Below, in pieces: positions 1 to 12,736 of a stretch of 64,000 nucleotides of DNA (positions are counted from its first letter, which is position 1; the number at the start of each line of letters is the position of its first letter). Origin of the DNA: Gracilinanus agilis (lineage: Eukaryota); contig NC_058131.1 of assembly GCF_016433145.1 (NCBI RefSeq), positions 700,224,319 to 700,288,318 of the forward strand. Reading direction: 5' to 3'. Below the pieces are notes generated by a model that was not told the DNA's origin, searched no databases, and worked only from the letters and a program-made list of their open reading frames with translations. A program made the position numbers and the translations under genes.

Positions 1-240
1 ACATGATTCATGTTCTTTCCCTCCCCCCAAACTTCCCACCACCCTCCCCATAGCCAATTCACAATTCCACTGGGTTTTACATGTTACATTGATCAAGACC
101 TAATTCTATATTATTGATAGTTGCACAGAGATGGTCGAGTCTACATCCCAGATCATATCCCCATCAACCCATGTGACCAGGCAGTTGTTTTTCTTCTTTG
201 TTTCTACTCCCACAGTTCTTCCTCTGAATGTGGGTAACTC
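1..240 (-). mobile_element. L1 3' UTR fragment (marsupial L1)
   Basis: Reverse complement of the L1 3' end seen on + at 2990-3190; same motif at 9130-9300, 11400 and 12900. Confidence 0.75.
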
Positions 241-860
241 TTAATGTTTTACATGTATGGTGATCTTTTTTTCATAACAATAATACAGTGTATATATTCC
301 CTAGGTCTAATAAAATAGACTTTGCCAGATGGTTTCCAGAATTCTTGAATTTTGAACTCTCACCTGTTTAAGGGCAAGGGGAGAGGTTTGTAAATTTTGA
401 TCCTTTTCAACAGAACTATATAGCAGTCTTAGATGGTAGCTGGCCCATACCAGGTATTAATTAGACTTTCAGCTTGATAAACCAATGTAAAATTTCTTCT
501 TAGCTTACTTTTCTAAAAGAGGTCAAAATATCTTGCAAAACTAGGGAGATTACATTATTTATATGAATATATCTGATCTTAGAAGTTTGTTTATGTACAA
601 TGAGACATGTATTAATTAAAAATGTATCAGGCAATAAGTCCACTATCTTACAGGCCCTGTTATACACTGGAGAGACAGACTTTTTCTTTGAGGAGCTTAC
701 AAATAGGCCCTAAATACTCTTTTAACTGATTTCCTGTATATTTCAATTAAGCATTTTTACTCCTGATATTCTTGAAACCAGATCACTCTATGAAAGGAAA
801 GCACTATAGTTTGTTTCTCTAAAAGAATTACTAATTGAAAAACTATATTTTCTCTTTTAG

Positions 861-978
861 TAAGAAAATCTTTTCTGAGTTACAACAAAACAATCTGGGG
901 GCCCTTGGAGCTGGTGGAGAAACTGTACCCAGAAGCAGAGGAGATAGCAGCTAGTGTCAGAGATTTGCCTGGACTTAA
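861..978 (+). CDS. RUFY2: RUFY2 internal coding exon (RUN domain; [40 protein letters not shown])
   Basis: ttttag acceptor at 855-860 and AA|gtaagt donor at 979. Translation matches recalled RUFY2; upstream exons lie outside the window. Confidence 0.95.
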
Positions 979-1766
979 GTAAGTCTTTTTTTTTTTTTTT
1001 TTTAAGACTCAAATAAATGGTCCCAAAGAAGACTCCCAAGAAGAAATGTGTGTAGGTAACCTTTGGGAAATACTGTTTTATAATTAGCATCAGAATTTAT
1101 TTGGTGGGTTAGGAAGTACTACCATAGATTACTAGAGCATGAGAAGATTATTCAGAGTTTATGGTTTCTTCTTGAATAAATGTAGTTTTCCCCTTAATAA
1201 ATCTGTGCCCTATTAATGAGTGGTTTCCTTTTTGAGAAAGATGTAAGGATGCATTCTATTTAGCCATAAAATAAAAACTCAAGAGTAATAATAGTTAGGA
1301 GGATTAAATGAGAAGGTATGAGAAAAAAGAGGTAAAGAAGTATGACTAGAAATATGACTATTACAGAATGTAGTGGCCTGGAGTGAATGTAGAATATAGT
1401 GGCTGGTAAAAAGTGTTTGTTGGCTTGTCTTAGATTGAATTAATATTGTATGTTATCAAGGAAGTTGCTAGGTGTAAATCATTAGATTGTATCACAGTGG
1501 CAGGAAAAAAAGGGAAATGGCCTTCAGTAAGTGGTGGTTAATTTAAAAACTTATTTGCAAATATCACAAAAACTATGTTTCATTAGTTTTGCAGTGATTA
1601 TTATAGATGTGATTCTTTAATGGATTAAACAAATAGCTTGAAGCTTAGGTGACTTGGATTCTAATCACAGACAACTTAATGCCCTATAATGATTTAACTT
1701 AGAACATTTTTTTCCCTGAGATTAATCATAACTGGGACTCATCTCCCTTATAAGAAAGATAGATGA

Positions 1767-1892
1767 CACTTCCCAGCTGTGTGATCCCGGGCAAATCACT
1801 TGACCCCATTGCCCACCCTTACCACCACTCTTCCACCTAAGAACCAAATGCACAGAAGATAAGGGTTTAAAAAAAATTTAAAAAAAAAAAAA
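1767..1892 (+). mobile_element. 5'-truncated SINE1_Mdo-like SINE with 15-bp TSD aagaaagatagatga
   Basis: TSD at 1752-1766 and 1893-1907; A-rich tail. Confidence 0.85.
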
Positions 1893-2397
1893 AAGAAAGA
1901 TAGATGAGTCAGAAGATGCTGGATAATGGGAAATGATTGAAAGTCACTTTGTGGATATAAAGTGCTATTTAAGGCTAACTCTCAGGCTCCTCAGAAATGT
2001 GATTGAGTTCCCTTTGGATTATTCTGTCAGATGTGAATCCATCTTATTATGCTTAATATTTTTTAACAGACATCCATTTTCTTTGCTTTTGATAGTATTT
2101 TAGTTCCTTTTGTGGTGTGGAGGAAATAGTAAATACCACCTTATTAGTTCCTTATCAAAATCTTATTTTCTGATCTTTTGTAAATTGAGATTGTCTTAAA
2201 TTGATGTTCCAGGTTACAGTTGGTCATGATATTATTTTGGAAGCTGGTGTAATTTTCTGCAAAGGAGAAGTAGCAGAAAAGGGGACGTTGGAATTGTTGA
2301 AAGAACAAAATAACATTTAATTTCTAAATGCAAATAGATGGGATGAAACATGCTAGTCATCTCCAGAGAGAAAAATGATAGACTCAGAATGCAGGCT

Positions 2398-3199
2398 GAG
2401 CAAAGGAAAGTATAAATGTTGGAGGGGATGTGGCACAATTGGGCCACTAATGCACTGCTAGTGGAGTTGTGAATTGATCCAACCATTCTGGAAAACAATT
2501 TGGAACTATGCCCAAAGGGCGCTAAAAGAATGCATATCTTTTAATCCAGCCATACAACTACTGGATTTGTACCCCAAAGAGATCATAGGGGAAAAAACGT
2601 GTACAAAAATATTCATAGCTGCACTCTATGTGGTGGCAAAAAATTGGAAAATGAGGGGGTGTCCCTCGATTGGGGAATGGCTGAACAAATTGTGGTATCT
2701 GTTGGTGACGGAATACTATTGAGCTCAAAGGAATGATGAACTGGAGGAATCCCAGGTGAACTGGAATGACCTCCAGGGATGGATGCAGAGTGAAAGGAGC
2801 AGAACCAGGAGAACATTTTACACAGAGATGGATACACTGTGGTGCAATCTAATGTAATGGACTTCTCTACTAGCAGCAATGCAATGATCCAGGACAATTC
2901 TGAGGGACTTATGAGAAAGAATGCTATCCACGTCCAGAGGAAGAACTGTGGGAGTAGAAACACAGAAGAAAAACAACTGCTTGATCTCATGGGTCAATGG
3001 GGATATGATTTGGGATGCAGACTCTAAACGATCACCCTAGTGCAGAGATCAATAATACGGAAATAGGTCTGGATCAATGACACATGTAAAACCCAGTGGA
3101 ATTGCACATTGGCTACAGAAGGGGTGTGGGAGGAGGGGAGGGAAAGAACATGAATCATGTAACCATGGAAAAATATTCTAAAATAAATGAAAAAAAAAA
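2398..3199 (+). mobile_element. 5'-truncated L1 (ORF2 C-terminus, 3' UTR, poly-A) with 12-bp TSD agaatgcaggct
   Basis: ORF 2474..2722 (IQPFWKTIWNYAQRALK...GEWLNKLWY) is the L1 ORF2 end; TSD at 2386-2397 and 3200-3211. Confidence 0.9.
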
Positions 3200-3339
3200 A
3201 GAATGCAGGCTTGAGGCAATACAGATAGAGAATGTGAATGTAATGGAGTGAGGAGATTACCTAACTTCTCTGAGCTGGTCTTCTTCCGCCCTCCCTTCCT
3301 CCCTCCTTTCCTCTCTCCATCCTTTCCTCCATCCCTCCC

Positions 3340-4960
3340 ACCCTCCCTTCCTCCTCCCTCCCAACAGTCAAAATATTTCCTCTCTCCCTACATCTCCTCT
3401 CAACACACAAAAACCTGTTATAAACATGTATGGTCAAGCAAAACAAATTCGTGCCTTAGCCATGTCCCTCAAAAAGTACCTCAGTTTGTATTCTGAATCC
3501 ATCACATCTCTGTCTGAAGCGTGTTTCATCAAGAGTTCTCTGGAATTCCTGTTGTTCATATGTTGATCAGACATCCCAAGACTTTCAAAGTTTGTTTTAT
3601 AGTGATGTTGTTGTTATGTAAATTATTCTCTTGATTCTGCTCACTTCATGCTGCTTCAGTTCATATAGGTATTTCCATCCCCTTCATCATTTCTTATAGC
3701 ACAATGATATTCTTTTTTTTTTTTTTTAAACCCTTACCTTCTGTCTTAGAATTAATACTGTGTATTGGTTCCCAGACAGAAGAGTGATCAGGGCTAGGCA
3801 ATGTTAAGTGACTTGCCCAGGGTCACCCAGCTAGGAAGTGTCTGAGGTCAGATTTGAACCCAGGACCTCCCATCTCTGAGCTTGGCTCTCAATCCACTGA
3901 ACCACACAGCTGCCCCCCAGCACAATAGTATTCTATCCCTTCATATACCATAGCTTGTTCAGCTACTCCCCACTTGATGGGCTCCCCATCAGTTTCCAAT
4001 TATTTGTCACCATGAGAAGACCTGCTATCAGTATTTTTGTTCATGGGGTCCTTGTCATCCTCCTCCTCTGACCTCTTTGGGATATCGGCTTAGTAGAGTT
4101 ATTACACATTTTAATAGTCACAAGGATTATACTCAGTTTTGCTTGGTAGATGCTTCTCGGCGGTAAGCCTAGCACCTTTGCCCTCTGAACTATCATATTC
4201 CAGACCCTCCGAATCTTTAATGTAGAAGCTGCTAAACCTTATGTTATCCTGACTGGCTCCATGATATTTGAATTGTTTCTTTTTAGCTGTTTGCAATGAT
4301 GTCTTCTTGACATGGGAGCTCTGGAATTTGACTATAACATTCCTGGAAGTTTTCATTTTAAATTTAGGATCTCTTTCAGGAGGTGATCAGTAAATTCTTT
4401 TCTATTTTACATACTGGTTCTAGAATATCAGGGCAGTTTTCCTTGAAAAGATGATGTCTGGGCTCTTTTTTTGATCATGGTTTTCAGGTAGTCCAATAAT
4501 TCTTAAATTATCACTCCTTGAGGTAGTTAAGTGGCACAGTGGATAGAGAGCCAGGCTTAGAGTCAAATCTGGCCTCAGACACTTCTAAGCTGTGTGACCC
4601 TGGACAAGTCACTTAAACCTGTTTGTCTAGCCCTGCCCTTCTGTCTTAGAGTTGTTACTGGGACAGAAAGTAAGTGTTTGGGTTTTTTTTTAAAATGATC
4701 TCTCCTTGACCTGTTTTCCAGGTCAGTTCTTTTTTTAATGGACATTTCACATTTTCTTCAATTTTTTTATTCTTTCATTTTGTTTATTTCCTGATGTCCT
4801 GTGGAGTCATTAGCTTCTACTTGCCCAATTCTAATTTTTAAGGTTTTTTTTTAGTAAATTTTTGTATATCTTTTTCAATTTGTCCAATTCTGCTTCAAGT
4901 TTCAGGGTTTTTTGTATGGTTGTTTTCAGAGCTAGGTCTGGGAATTTAAGTTTTCCATTC
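3340..4960 (-). mobile_element. Old fragmented L1 (3' UTR and ORF1-like pieces) with nested SINEs at ~3713-3918 (-) and ~4522-4690 (+)
   Basis: ORF 4111..4356 (-) reads like degenerate L1 ORF1 (RNVIVKFQSSHVK); SINE core motifs visible. Confidence 0.6.
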
Positions 4961-4984
4961 TTGAAGGTGGCCTGATCTAGGTAG

Positions 4985-5595
4985 TGTGTAAATAGAATTA
5001 GCCAGATCCCATTAATAGTCAAAAATCTACCCAGGCGTGCTAATGATGTCACTCCCACCTCCCTTAGTGGGGAGGGGAGACGAGTTACCCACACGTGACA
5101 ATAAGTAACAAATCAAGAATAAGGGACGGCCCTTTGGGCAGTCCAAATCAATGTAGAAACTGCCATTTGTCCATTTGAATTAGAGGTGGACCACAGGAAG
5201 TGATGAGAGACACGATCTCTTTAAGTAAGTGAGTGAACTTCCTGTGGGGGCAGTTGCCGTCTGGAACTGGAGGAAGAAGCATCTCCTGAGACCACAGACA
5301 GCTTCCACTCTGTATTGTCACGTGGGTAAGTTAGGCTGGCTTCCTTGGCCTTGCTGGGCCAATTCTAAACTCTGCCTATCTGGCTGTTGGGCCCTGTGGC
5401 TTACAGCTTCATTTGATTAGACTTCTAACCTCCCTTTTCTCTTTATCCCTACTTTACCTACCTGATTGTAAATAAACTCCTCAACCCGATGCTGACTTGG
5501 GTCTGATTTAATTACGGAATCAACCTGAATTGTTGATTCCTGGCGGCCACATATTTTTAATATATAGCTATAATAACTAAATTTTAATTCTTACA
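4985..5595 (+). mobile_element. Solo ERV LTR, 611 bp, TG...CA with 4-bp TSD gtag
   Basis: gtag at 4981-4984 and 5596-5599, AATAAA near 5471, 60-nt core shared with 60889-60948. Confidence 0.8.
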
Positions 5596-6279
5596 GTAGC
5601 GATGTGGCCTGTGCTTTCCTCTGTGGCTGTCACACGCAATGGCTCTGCCTTGGCTCTGCCTTGGCTCTGTGCCCAGAGTTCCTCTTCTCGGTGCTCCTCC
5701 TTGTCCTGGGGCTGCACCTGGGTCCTCCATAGGGGCAGCCCAGCAGAGGCCTACCCCCAGGCCCTGCCAGACATGCATGGCATCTCCTAATTCATCTTCC
5801 ATCCGAAGGCCTGAGAAGGCCGACTGCTCCTCCTGACCTTCTCATTTGGGGGTGGGGGCAGTCCTTTCTCCTCCACCTGGTTGAACATTGTTGGGAGGAT
5901 AATTAGAGAAAGGCTGGGGGTATTCCTGCCTTCACTGGGCAGCTTGGCTGTGCCTCCTGCAAGCCATTTCTTACAGCCCAGTAGATGGACATTTTAGTTA
6001 CGTTATTTGTATAATTCCAAATTTCTTTCCAAAATGGTTGTGCCATCCTCACAGCTCCATTTTGGAAAGAAATCTGGAATTCTACAGATACCAGACACTG
6101 TTACTGAGCTGACACCCAAGGAAGGCATCAATAAGAAAAAAGGCCCAGAGACTCCAAAATGTGGATTGCAATGCTTTTTGTGATACAGGAATGGACTGGA
6201 ACAAGGTAGAGCCAATGTGGCAGTCTAAAGGCACCACCTAGCCATGAGCACTGAATAGTCCTCCAACCATATAGGTTCT

Positions 6280-6480
6280 TTTTAATTCTTTTTTTCCCTT
6301 TCCATCTTAAATCAATTCTGTGTATTGGTTCCAAGGTAGAAGAGCAGTCAGGGCTAGGCAATGGGGGTTAAGTGACTTGTCCAAGATCACACAGATAGGA
6401 AGTATCTGAGGTCAGATTGGAACCCAGGACTTCCTGTCTCTAGGCCTGGCTCTGTATCTCTGAGCCACCTAACTGCCCCC
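6280..6480 (-). mobile_element. SINE1_Mdo/MAR1-like SINE
   Basis: Full core (ccaggac...ctaggcctggctc...ctgccccc) in reverse orientation. Confidence 0.85.
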
Positions 6481-6484
6481 TTTT

Positions 6485-7480
6485 TATGATATTCTTTTAA
6501 GAGGCTCCTCTACACTCATCATTTAGAGGGTCTTTCACTTAAAAGAATATACTCTGTCAGAGGCTTATTCTGTATCTATTGAGATAATCATGTGATTTCA
6601 GATGTTTTGATTTTTAATTTGATTCATTATATTGTTTTCCTAATGTTGAATTATCCTTGAATTCTTGGTATAAATCCTACTTGATCATAGTGAATACTTT
6701 ATTGAATAATTTACTGAATTCTCTTTGATAAGATTTTGTTTAAAATTTTTTAGGCAGTGTGTATTAGGGACATTAGCCTATAGTTTTCAATCCAGGTCTT
6801 ATCTTTCCCTGGTTTAGATATTAGGATTCTTTGTCTCATAAAAAGATGCTAGTTGGGGTGCTTTCTTTCTCATTTTTTGAGAATAATTTGTGTAGTATGC
6901 ATACTAATTGTTCTTTAAAAGTTTGATAGAGGGGGCAGCTGGGTGACTCAGTGGATTGAGAGCCAGGCCTAGAAATGGGAGATCTTGGGTTCAAATGTGA
7001 CCTCAGACACTTCCTAACTGTGTGACCCTGGGCAAGTCACTTAACCCCCATTGCCTAGCCCTTACCACTCTTCTGCTTTGGAATCTATACATTGTATTAA
7101 TTCTAAGATGGAAGGTAAGGGTTTTGATAAAAATGTAAAAAAAAAAGTTTGATAGAACTTTCCTATGAATCCATCTAGGAGTTTTTCCTTTGTAGCTCCT
7201 TTACATTTAGATCTACTTTGCCTTCTAATATTATATTTTTTAATATCTCTGTGTGGTCTTCTGATAGTTTGAGTATTTTTTATTTTTGAAGTTTCCTCTA
7301 TTTCTCTGTGTGTGTGTGTGTTCTTCATTTTGTTAGCCTATAATTGTATATATGTTTTCATTATTCTCTTCATTTTTCTTCTGGCTTTGCTGTGATTTCA
7401 CCTTTGATTTATCAATTAGATTTTTCTGACCCTTTCTTTTTGTCAGAGTAGCTCAGGCTTTATCTTGTAATAGAGAACTG
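6485..7480 (-). mobile_element. Old L1 ORF2 (RT-region) fragment with nested SINE 6931-7143 (+; 14-bp TSD aaaagtttgataga)
   Basis: Minus strand near 6570-6600 encodes HMIISIDTE, matching the L1 RT HMIISIDAEK motif; TSD at 6917-6930 and 7144-7157. Confidence 0.75.
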
Positions 7481-8223
7481 GCTAACATCACCATCTACAG
7501 AGCAGGCATTTATTTTATTAAATCAAATTTATTGAAATGATTTGAATCCAGCATGGTGTATAATAAGCCTCTTTAGATTTTCCATTCAAATATGGTCTGG
7601 ATTTTTCTTAATGCAATTAGATTGGTCTGGAAGCCTCCTCTAGTCAATAATAGTTTCAATTTTAATGAATGAAAAAGCATTCGTTAAATACTATGCATCA
7701 GGCAGCTGGGTGATCAGTGCACATCAATGATGACATTTTTATTGTTCGTTTTTGAGGGTCTCATCTACTGACTGAATTACTCTAATTAGGTAAATTTTCC
7801 TAAGATAAAGTCATAGAATTTAGAGATGGAAGGAACCATAGAAATGAGACTGAGGCCCAGAGAGGAAAAGTGATCTGCCCAGGCCCCAAGGTCCATAACT
7901 AATAAGGCCAAAGAAAATCACGTGCGCTGGCACGGACAGCATTCTTCTCCCCTGGCCAGGCAGAGACGGACTTCTCTAGGGCGAGTCACTTCTTGGAAGC
8001 ACCAGTCCTTCGGTGTCCTGCAGGAATTCCCTTCACAGAGGCAGATAAGTGACTCCTAGGATTTTGAGGGATTTTACTCATTGTAGAAACTGAACCCAAA
8101 CTATAAATGAAATGCCTTTTTGTTTATTTCCCCTTATAATAGTGTCTCTTAACAGATTAGCTCTGTGGTTAAATGCATCTAGGTTACTGGTTGCTTTGTA
8201 ATTTGTTTTCTTTGCTTTTCCAG

Positions 8224-8325
8224 GACACCCCTGGGTCGTGCCAGAGCATGGTTACGATTAGCTCTCATGCAAAAGAAAATGGCTGATTATCTGCGCTGTT
8301 TAATAATTCAAAGGGATCTCCTAAG
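8224..8325 (+). CDS. RUFY2: RUFY2 exon ([34 protein letters not shown])
   Basis: tttccag acceptor, AG|gttagt donor, phase compatible with both neighbours; RUN-domain RAWLR motif. Confidence 0.96.
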
Positions 8326-8897
8326 GTTAGTAGATATTATACTTGGTAATTTAAAAAAGTTAAATCTATTTTCTTGAATCAGTTTTCTGAATATCCATTT
8401 GTATCAGAATGGCCTTTCCTTTCTTAGCAATACCTAGCCAAACAAAAATTCTTTTGTTAGTATTTAAAATTTAAAAAATGTAAAATATAAATGTAAGGTC
8501 AAATCAGAAAGCCTAAAGGAGCATTAGATAAAATTCCATTTATACCATTCCTTTTGAGGAGAGTGCTCCATTGAGAGTCAGGAGAACTAGATTCTGGTTT
8601 TGGTCTTTGGCTGCCTCTGTCATTATGTTACAGAAGGTAACAAAAACAAAACATGTGTTTTTCCTCCCTTTTAATTGGGATAACAGTTTATAAGTAAGTA
8701 TGATTACATAAGGATGTGTAAAACATTTGACCTTATTTGGAAAGGCATTGAGCAAAGTTTTTAATATTCATGCTGTTTTTATACACTGCCTTAATAGTAG
8801 CATTCAATTTCAATTTTTTGCCCTTCCTGTTATTATCTCCTTTATAAGTTTATGACTTGAAAAGTAAATTTTTTTTTTTTTTAGAAAAGTAATTTTT

Positions 8898-10489
8898 TAA
8901 AAAGAATTTAAGGGGGGCAGCTGGGTAGCTCAGTGGATTGAGAGCCAGGCCTAGAGACGGGAGGTCCTGGGTTCAAATGTGATCTCAGACACTTCCCAGC
9001 TGTGTGACTCTGGGCAAGTCACTTAAACCCCAATGCCTAGCCCTGACCACTCTTCTGCCTTAGAGCCAATACACAGTATTGACTCCAAGACTGAAGGTAA
9101 GGGTTTAAAAAAAAAAGGAATTAAATTTCATTCAATTAATTAATTAATTAAGAATGTTTTTCCATGGTTGCATGATTCACGTTCTTTCCCTCCCCTTTTC
9201 CCACCCCACTTCTGTAGCTAATGCGCAATTCCACTGGCTTTTACATGTCATTGATCCAGAACTATTTCCATATTATTGATATTTGCACTGGGGTGATTGT
9301 TTAGAGCAGTGATTCCCAAAGTGAGCGCCACTGCCCCCTGGGGGGTGCTGCAGGGATCCAAGGGAGCGGTGATGGCCACAGATACATTTGGAGGCAGTGA
9401 ATAACTGTAAGGAGGCGGTAATAGTATGTGACACGGGGCGCTAAGTAATATTTTTTTCTGGAAAGGGGTTAGTAGGCCAAAAATGTTTGGGAACCCTTGG
9501 TTTAGAGTCTGCATCCCAAATCCTATCCCCATTGACCCATGAGATCAAGCAGTTGTTTTTCTACTCCCACAGTTCTTTCTCTGGATGTGGATAGTTTTCA
9601 TTCTCACAAGTCCCTCAGAAATGTCCTGGATCCTTGCATTGCTGCTAGTAGAGAAGTCTGTTATGTTCAATTGTACCACAGTGTATCCATCTCTGTGTCC
9701 AATGTTCTCCTGGTTCTGCTCCTTTCACTCTGCATCAATTCCTGGAGGTCGTTCCAGTTCACATGGAATTCCTCCAATTCATTATTCCTTTGAGCACAAT
9801 AGTATTCCATCACCAACAGATACCACAATTTGTTCAGCCATTCCCCAATTGAAGGGCATCCCCTCGTTTTCCAGTTTTTTGCCACCACAAAGAGCACGGC
9901 TATAGATATTTTTGTACAAGTCTATTTATCTGTGATCTCTTTGGGGTATAAAACCCAGCAATGCTATGGCTGAATCAAGGGGCAGGCATTCTTTTATAGC
10001 CCTTTGAGCATGATTCCAAATTGTCATCCAGAATGGTTGGATCAGTTCACAACTCCACCTGCAATGCATTAATGTCCCAATTTTGCCACATCCCCTCCAG
10101 CATTCATTACTTTCCTTTGCTCTCATTTTATCCAATCTGCTAGGTGTGAGGTGGTACCTCAGAGTTGTTTTGATTTGCATTTCTCTAATTATAAGAGATT
10201 TAGAACACTTTTTCATGTGCTTATTGATAGTTTTGATTTCTTTATCTGAAAATTGCCTATTCATGTCCCTTGCCCATTAAAAATATTTTTGTACAAGTCT
10301 TTTTCCTTATTATCTCTTTGGAGTATAAACCCAGCAGTGGTAGGGCTGGATCAAAGGGCAGACAGTCTTTTAAAGGCCTTTGAGCATAGTTCCAAATTGT
10401 TTTCCAGAATGGTTGGATCAATTCAAAACTCCACCAGCAATGCATTAATGTCCCAATTTTGCCATATTCCCTCCAACATTTATTACTTT
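8898..10489 (-). mobile_element. Composite L1 3' insertion containing a SINE (8912-9117, +), a hAT MITE (9307-9499) and a second L1 segment (10278-10489)
   Basis: L1 ORF2 C-terminal ORFs 9667..9897, 9926..10264 and 10257..10445 (-); flanking gaaaagtaatttt at 8884-8896 and 10490-10502. Confidence 0.8.
9307..9499. mobile_element. Non-autonomous hAT/Charlie-type DNA transposon, 193 bp
   Basis: Perfect 8-bp TSD gtttagag (9299-9306, 9500-9507); imperfect TIRs cagtgattcccaaa / tttgggaacccttg. Confidence 0.85.
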
Positions 10490-10647
10490 GAAAAGTAATT
10501 TTAAATTCTCAAAAGTTCCTTATTTTGTCAGAAAGAGCCTGAAGATATTTTTCTGTGATTTGTCTTAATATTATATATGAGTTGGTCAGATTTTAAAATT
10601 CAGTGCTTGAAATGAGTTTGTGATTTTATATTTATTGAATTTGACAG

Positions 10648-10771
10648 TGAATTCTATGAATATCATGCCCTAATGATGGAAGAAGAAGGAGCAGTTATCG
10701 TTGGGCTTCTGGTAGGCCTGAATGTGATCGATGCTAATCTTTGTGTAAAGGGAGAAGATTTGGACTCACAA
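10648..10771 (+). CDS. RUFY2: RUFY2 exon ([41 protein letters not shown])
   Basis: gacag acceptor, CAA|gtaagt donor; end of the RUN domain. Confidence 0.96.
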
Positions 10772-11142
10772 GTAAGTGGGAAATAATATTCAGAGTTAGA
10801 TTAAGAAGGGTCAGACAGAATAAAGCAGGTGATAGTGAAAGTGTTGGAGTTAAGAAGAGCTGGTTCAATCCTGCCTGTCCACTTCAGAGTCCTGATTTTC
10901 TGAGAAAACAAGGATGATAATGTCCACCACATGAGTTTGTAGGGCTTAAATGAGGGTACATATAAACTCATTTGTGAACTTTAAAGCCCTATATAAATGT
11001 CAAGTATTATGTTGCTTGCAATTTTATTAAGCACAAAAATTTACATTGATAAAACTTTTCTGATCATTTTTTAAAAATTGGTTTTGTTTATTATTTTTAA
11101 GATATCTTCCTGTTTAAATAAAAATAATTTTATTTACTACAG

Positions 11143-11204
11143 GTTGGGGTAATTGATTTTTCTATGTATTTAAAGAATGAAGAGGATATTGGAAGTAAAG
11201 AAAG
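11143..11204 (+). CDS. RUFY2: RUFY2 exon ([21 protein letters not shown])
   Basis: tacag acceptor, AG|gtatga donor, 62 bp, in phase. Confidence 0.95.
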
Positions 11205-11370
11205 GTATGATCTTCATAAGTGGTTTCACCTACATTGATTTATTTCATGATAAATCACAAATTTATGTGTAAATCAATATAAATTTTCTATAAATCAGTG
11301 CTAATTCAACCAAATATTTTAATAATGGGGAGTTTAGTGTAATTTTGCAATACAGTTCCTGCCATTTTTC

Positions 11371-11496
11371 TTTTTTTTTTTAATTTTCTTTATTTTTTTT
11401 AGAAAACTTTTTTCCATGGTTACATGATTCATGTTTTTACTCTCTCCCCCCCAACCCCTCCCTCACCCTGTAGCTGACGCACGTTTCCACTGACCG
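11371..11496 (-). mobile_element. Very short L1 3'-end insertion with 10-bp TSD gccatttttc
   Basis: TSD at 11361-11370 and 11497-11506; T-tract plus L1 3' UTR motif. Confidence 0.8.
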
Positions 11497-11854
11497 GCCA
11501 TTTTTCATTTTCGCTTTTTAAAATAAATTTTATGAAGCAAAGTGGGAAGGATTAGTTATAAAAAAGCCCCGCTGTTCATTTCTTCCACCGATCTGTTCAT
11601 ATACCCCAGTGACACGTGTGAGCAAGACTATTCACAGAATTCCTCTGCTTGAACAGTTTCGGTGTGGCAGCACAACACTGCGTACGTAACACTTAACAGC
11701 AGATATTCGAGTGCATTTGCTTACAGATAGACCAGTGACAATGTTGCTTGTTCTACCTGGTGGAGCAAACTAACAAAGATGACTGTCGCCCATTAGCACT
11801 CCGCACAGTGCCTGGCAGGGAGGAGCGCAAATGTTTGGCAGTTGATTGTTAGAG

Positions 11855-12054
11855 CAGTGCTGGGCAAACTTGTTAAAGAGGGGCCAAAGAAAGGAAGTGC
11901 TCCTCTGTCAGTCTGTTTCTAAGGCCACTCTCTCGAAGTTTCCTCGTATTGTATCCTCCTCATTGTATTCCTCAGATTAGGAAGAATGTCACAGGGCAGA
12001 GAGAACATTTCAGGGGGCTGCATCTGGCTGGAGGGCATAGTTTGCCCATCCCTG
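11855..12054. mobile_element. hAT/Charlie-type MITE, 200 bp
   Basis: TIRs cagtgctgggcaaact / agtttgcccatccctg (14/16 match); degenerate TSD tgttagag / gcttagag. Confidence 0.75.
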
Positions 12055-12438
12055 GCTTAGAGGATTCATTAGGGAAGTCATGATTGTGGCAAGAGTTAGG
12101 GACTAAGTGGGACAGCCTCAGGCCTCCACTGGCATCTTCTCAGCACTGGGAGAAAGCAAGAAAGGCAAAGCAAACCCAGATGGGCCTCCTAGAGGCAGGC
12201 GTGGACAAGACCCACACAGGTTTGACAAGCATGGATGGATTATAATCAGCGTCATTCAAGGGAATATCCAAATCAGCACAATTACAGATAACACTTGAGT
12301 TTCTTATATATTTATACATTTTTATATATGCATATATATAATTTCAGTATATATGTATCTTTTTAGCTCATTATCATATTGTTATAAGATTTTTGGTTTT
12401 TCTTATTTGTAGAAAAACAATGCATTCTTATCATAGAA

Positions 12439-12630
12439 TTTTTTTTTTAATCCTTACCTTCCGGCTTGGAGTCATCAATGCTGTGTATTGGCTCCAAGGC
12501 AGAAGAGCGGTAAGGGCTAGGCAATGGGGGTTAAGTGACTTGCCCAGGGACACACAGCTAGAAATTTGAATCCAGACCCTCCCATCTCTGAGTCTGGCTT
12601 TCAATCCACTGAGCCACTCAGGTGCCCCCC
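12439..12630 (-). mobile_element. SINE1_Mdo-like SINE
   Basis: Reverse SINE core, atagaattt flanks. Confidence 0.85.
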
Positions 12631-12736
12631 TTATAGAATTTACCAAAAATATTTTTACAGTCCTTTCTAGATGGTGTAATACATCTTTGTGCACATACTT
12701 CCATAAAAACACTAAGGTAATTACTTCTCTATTTAG

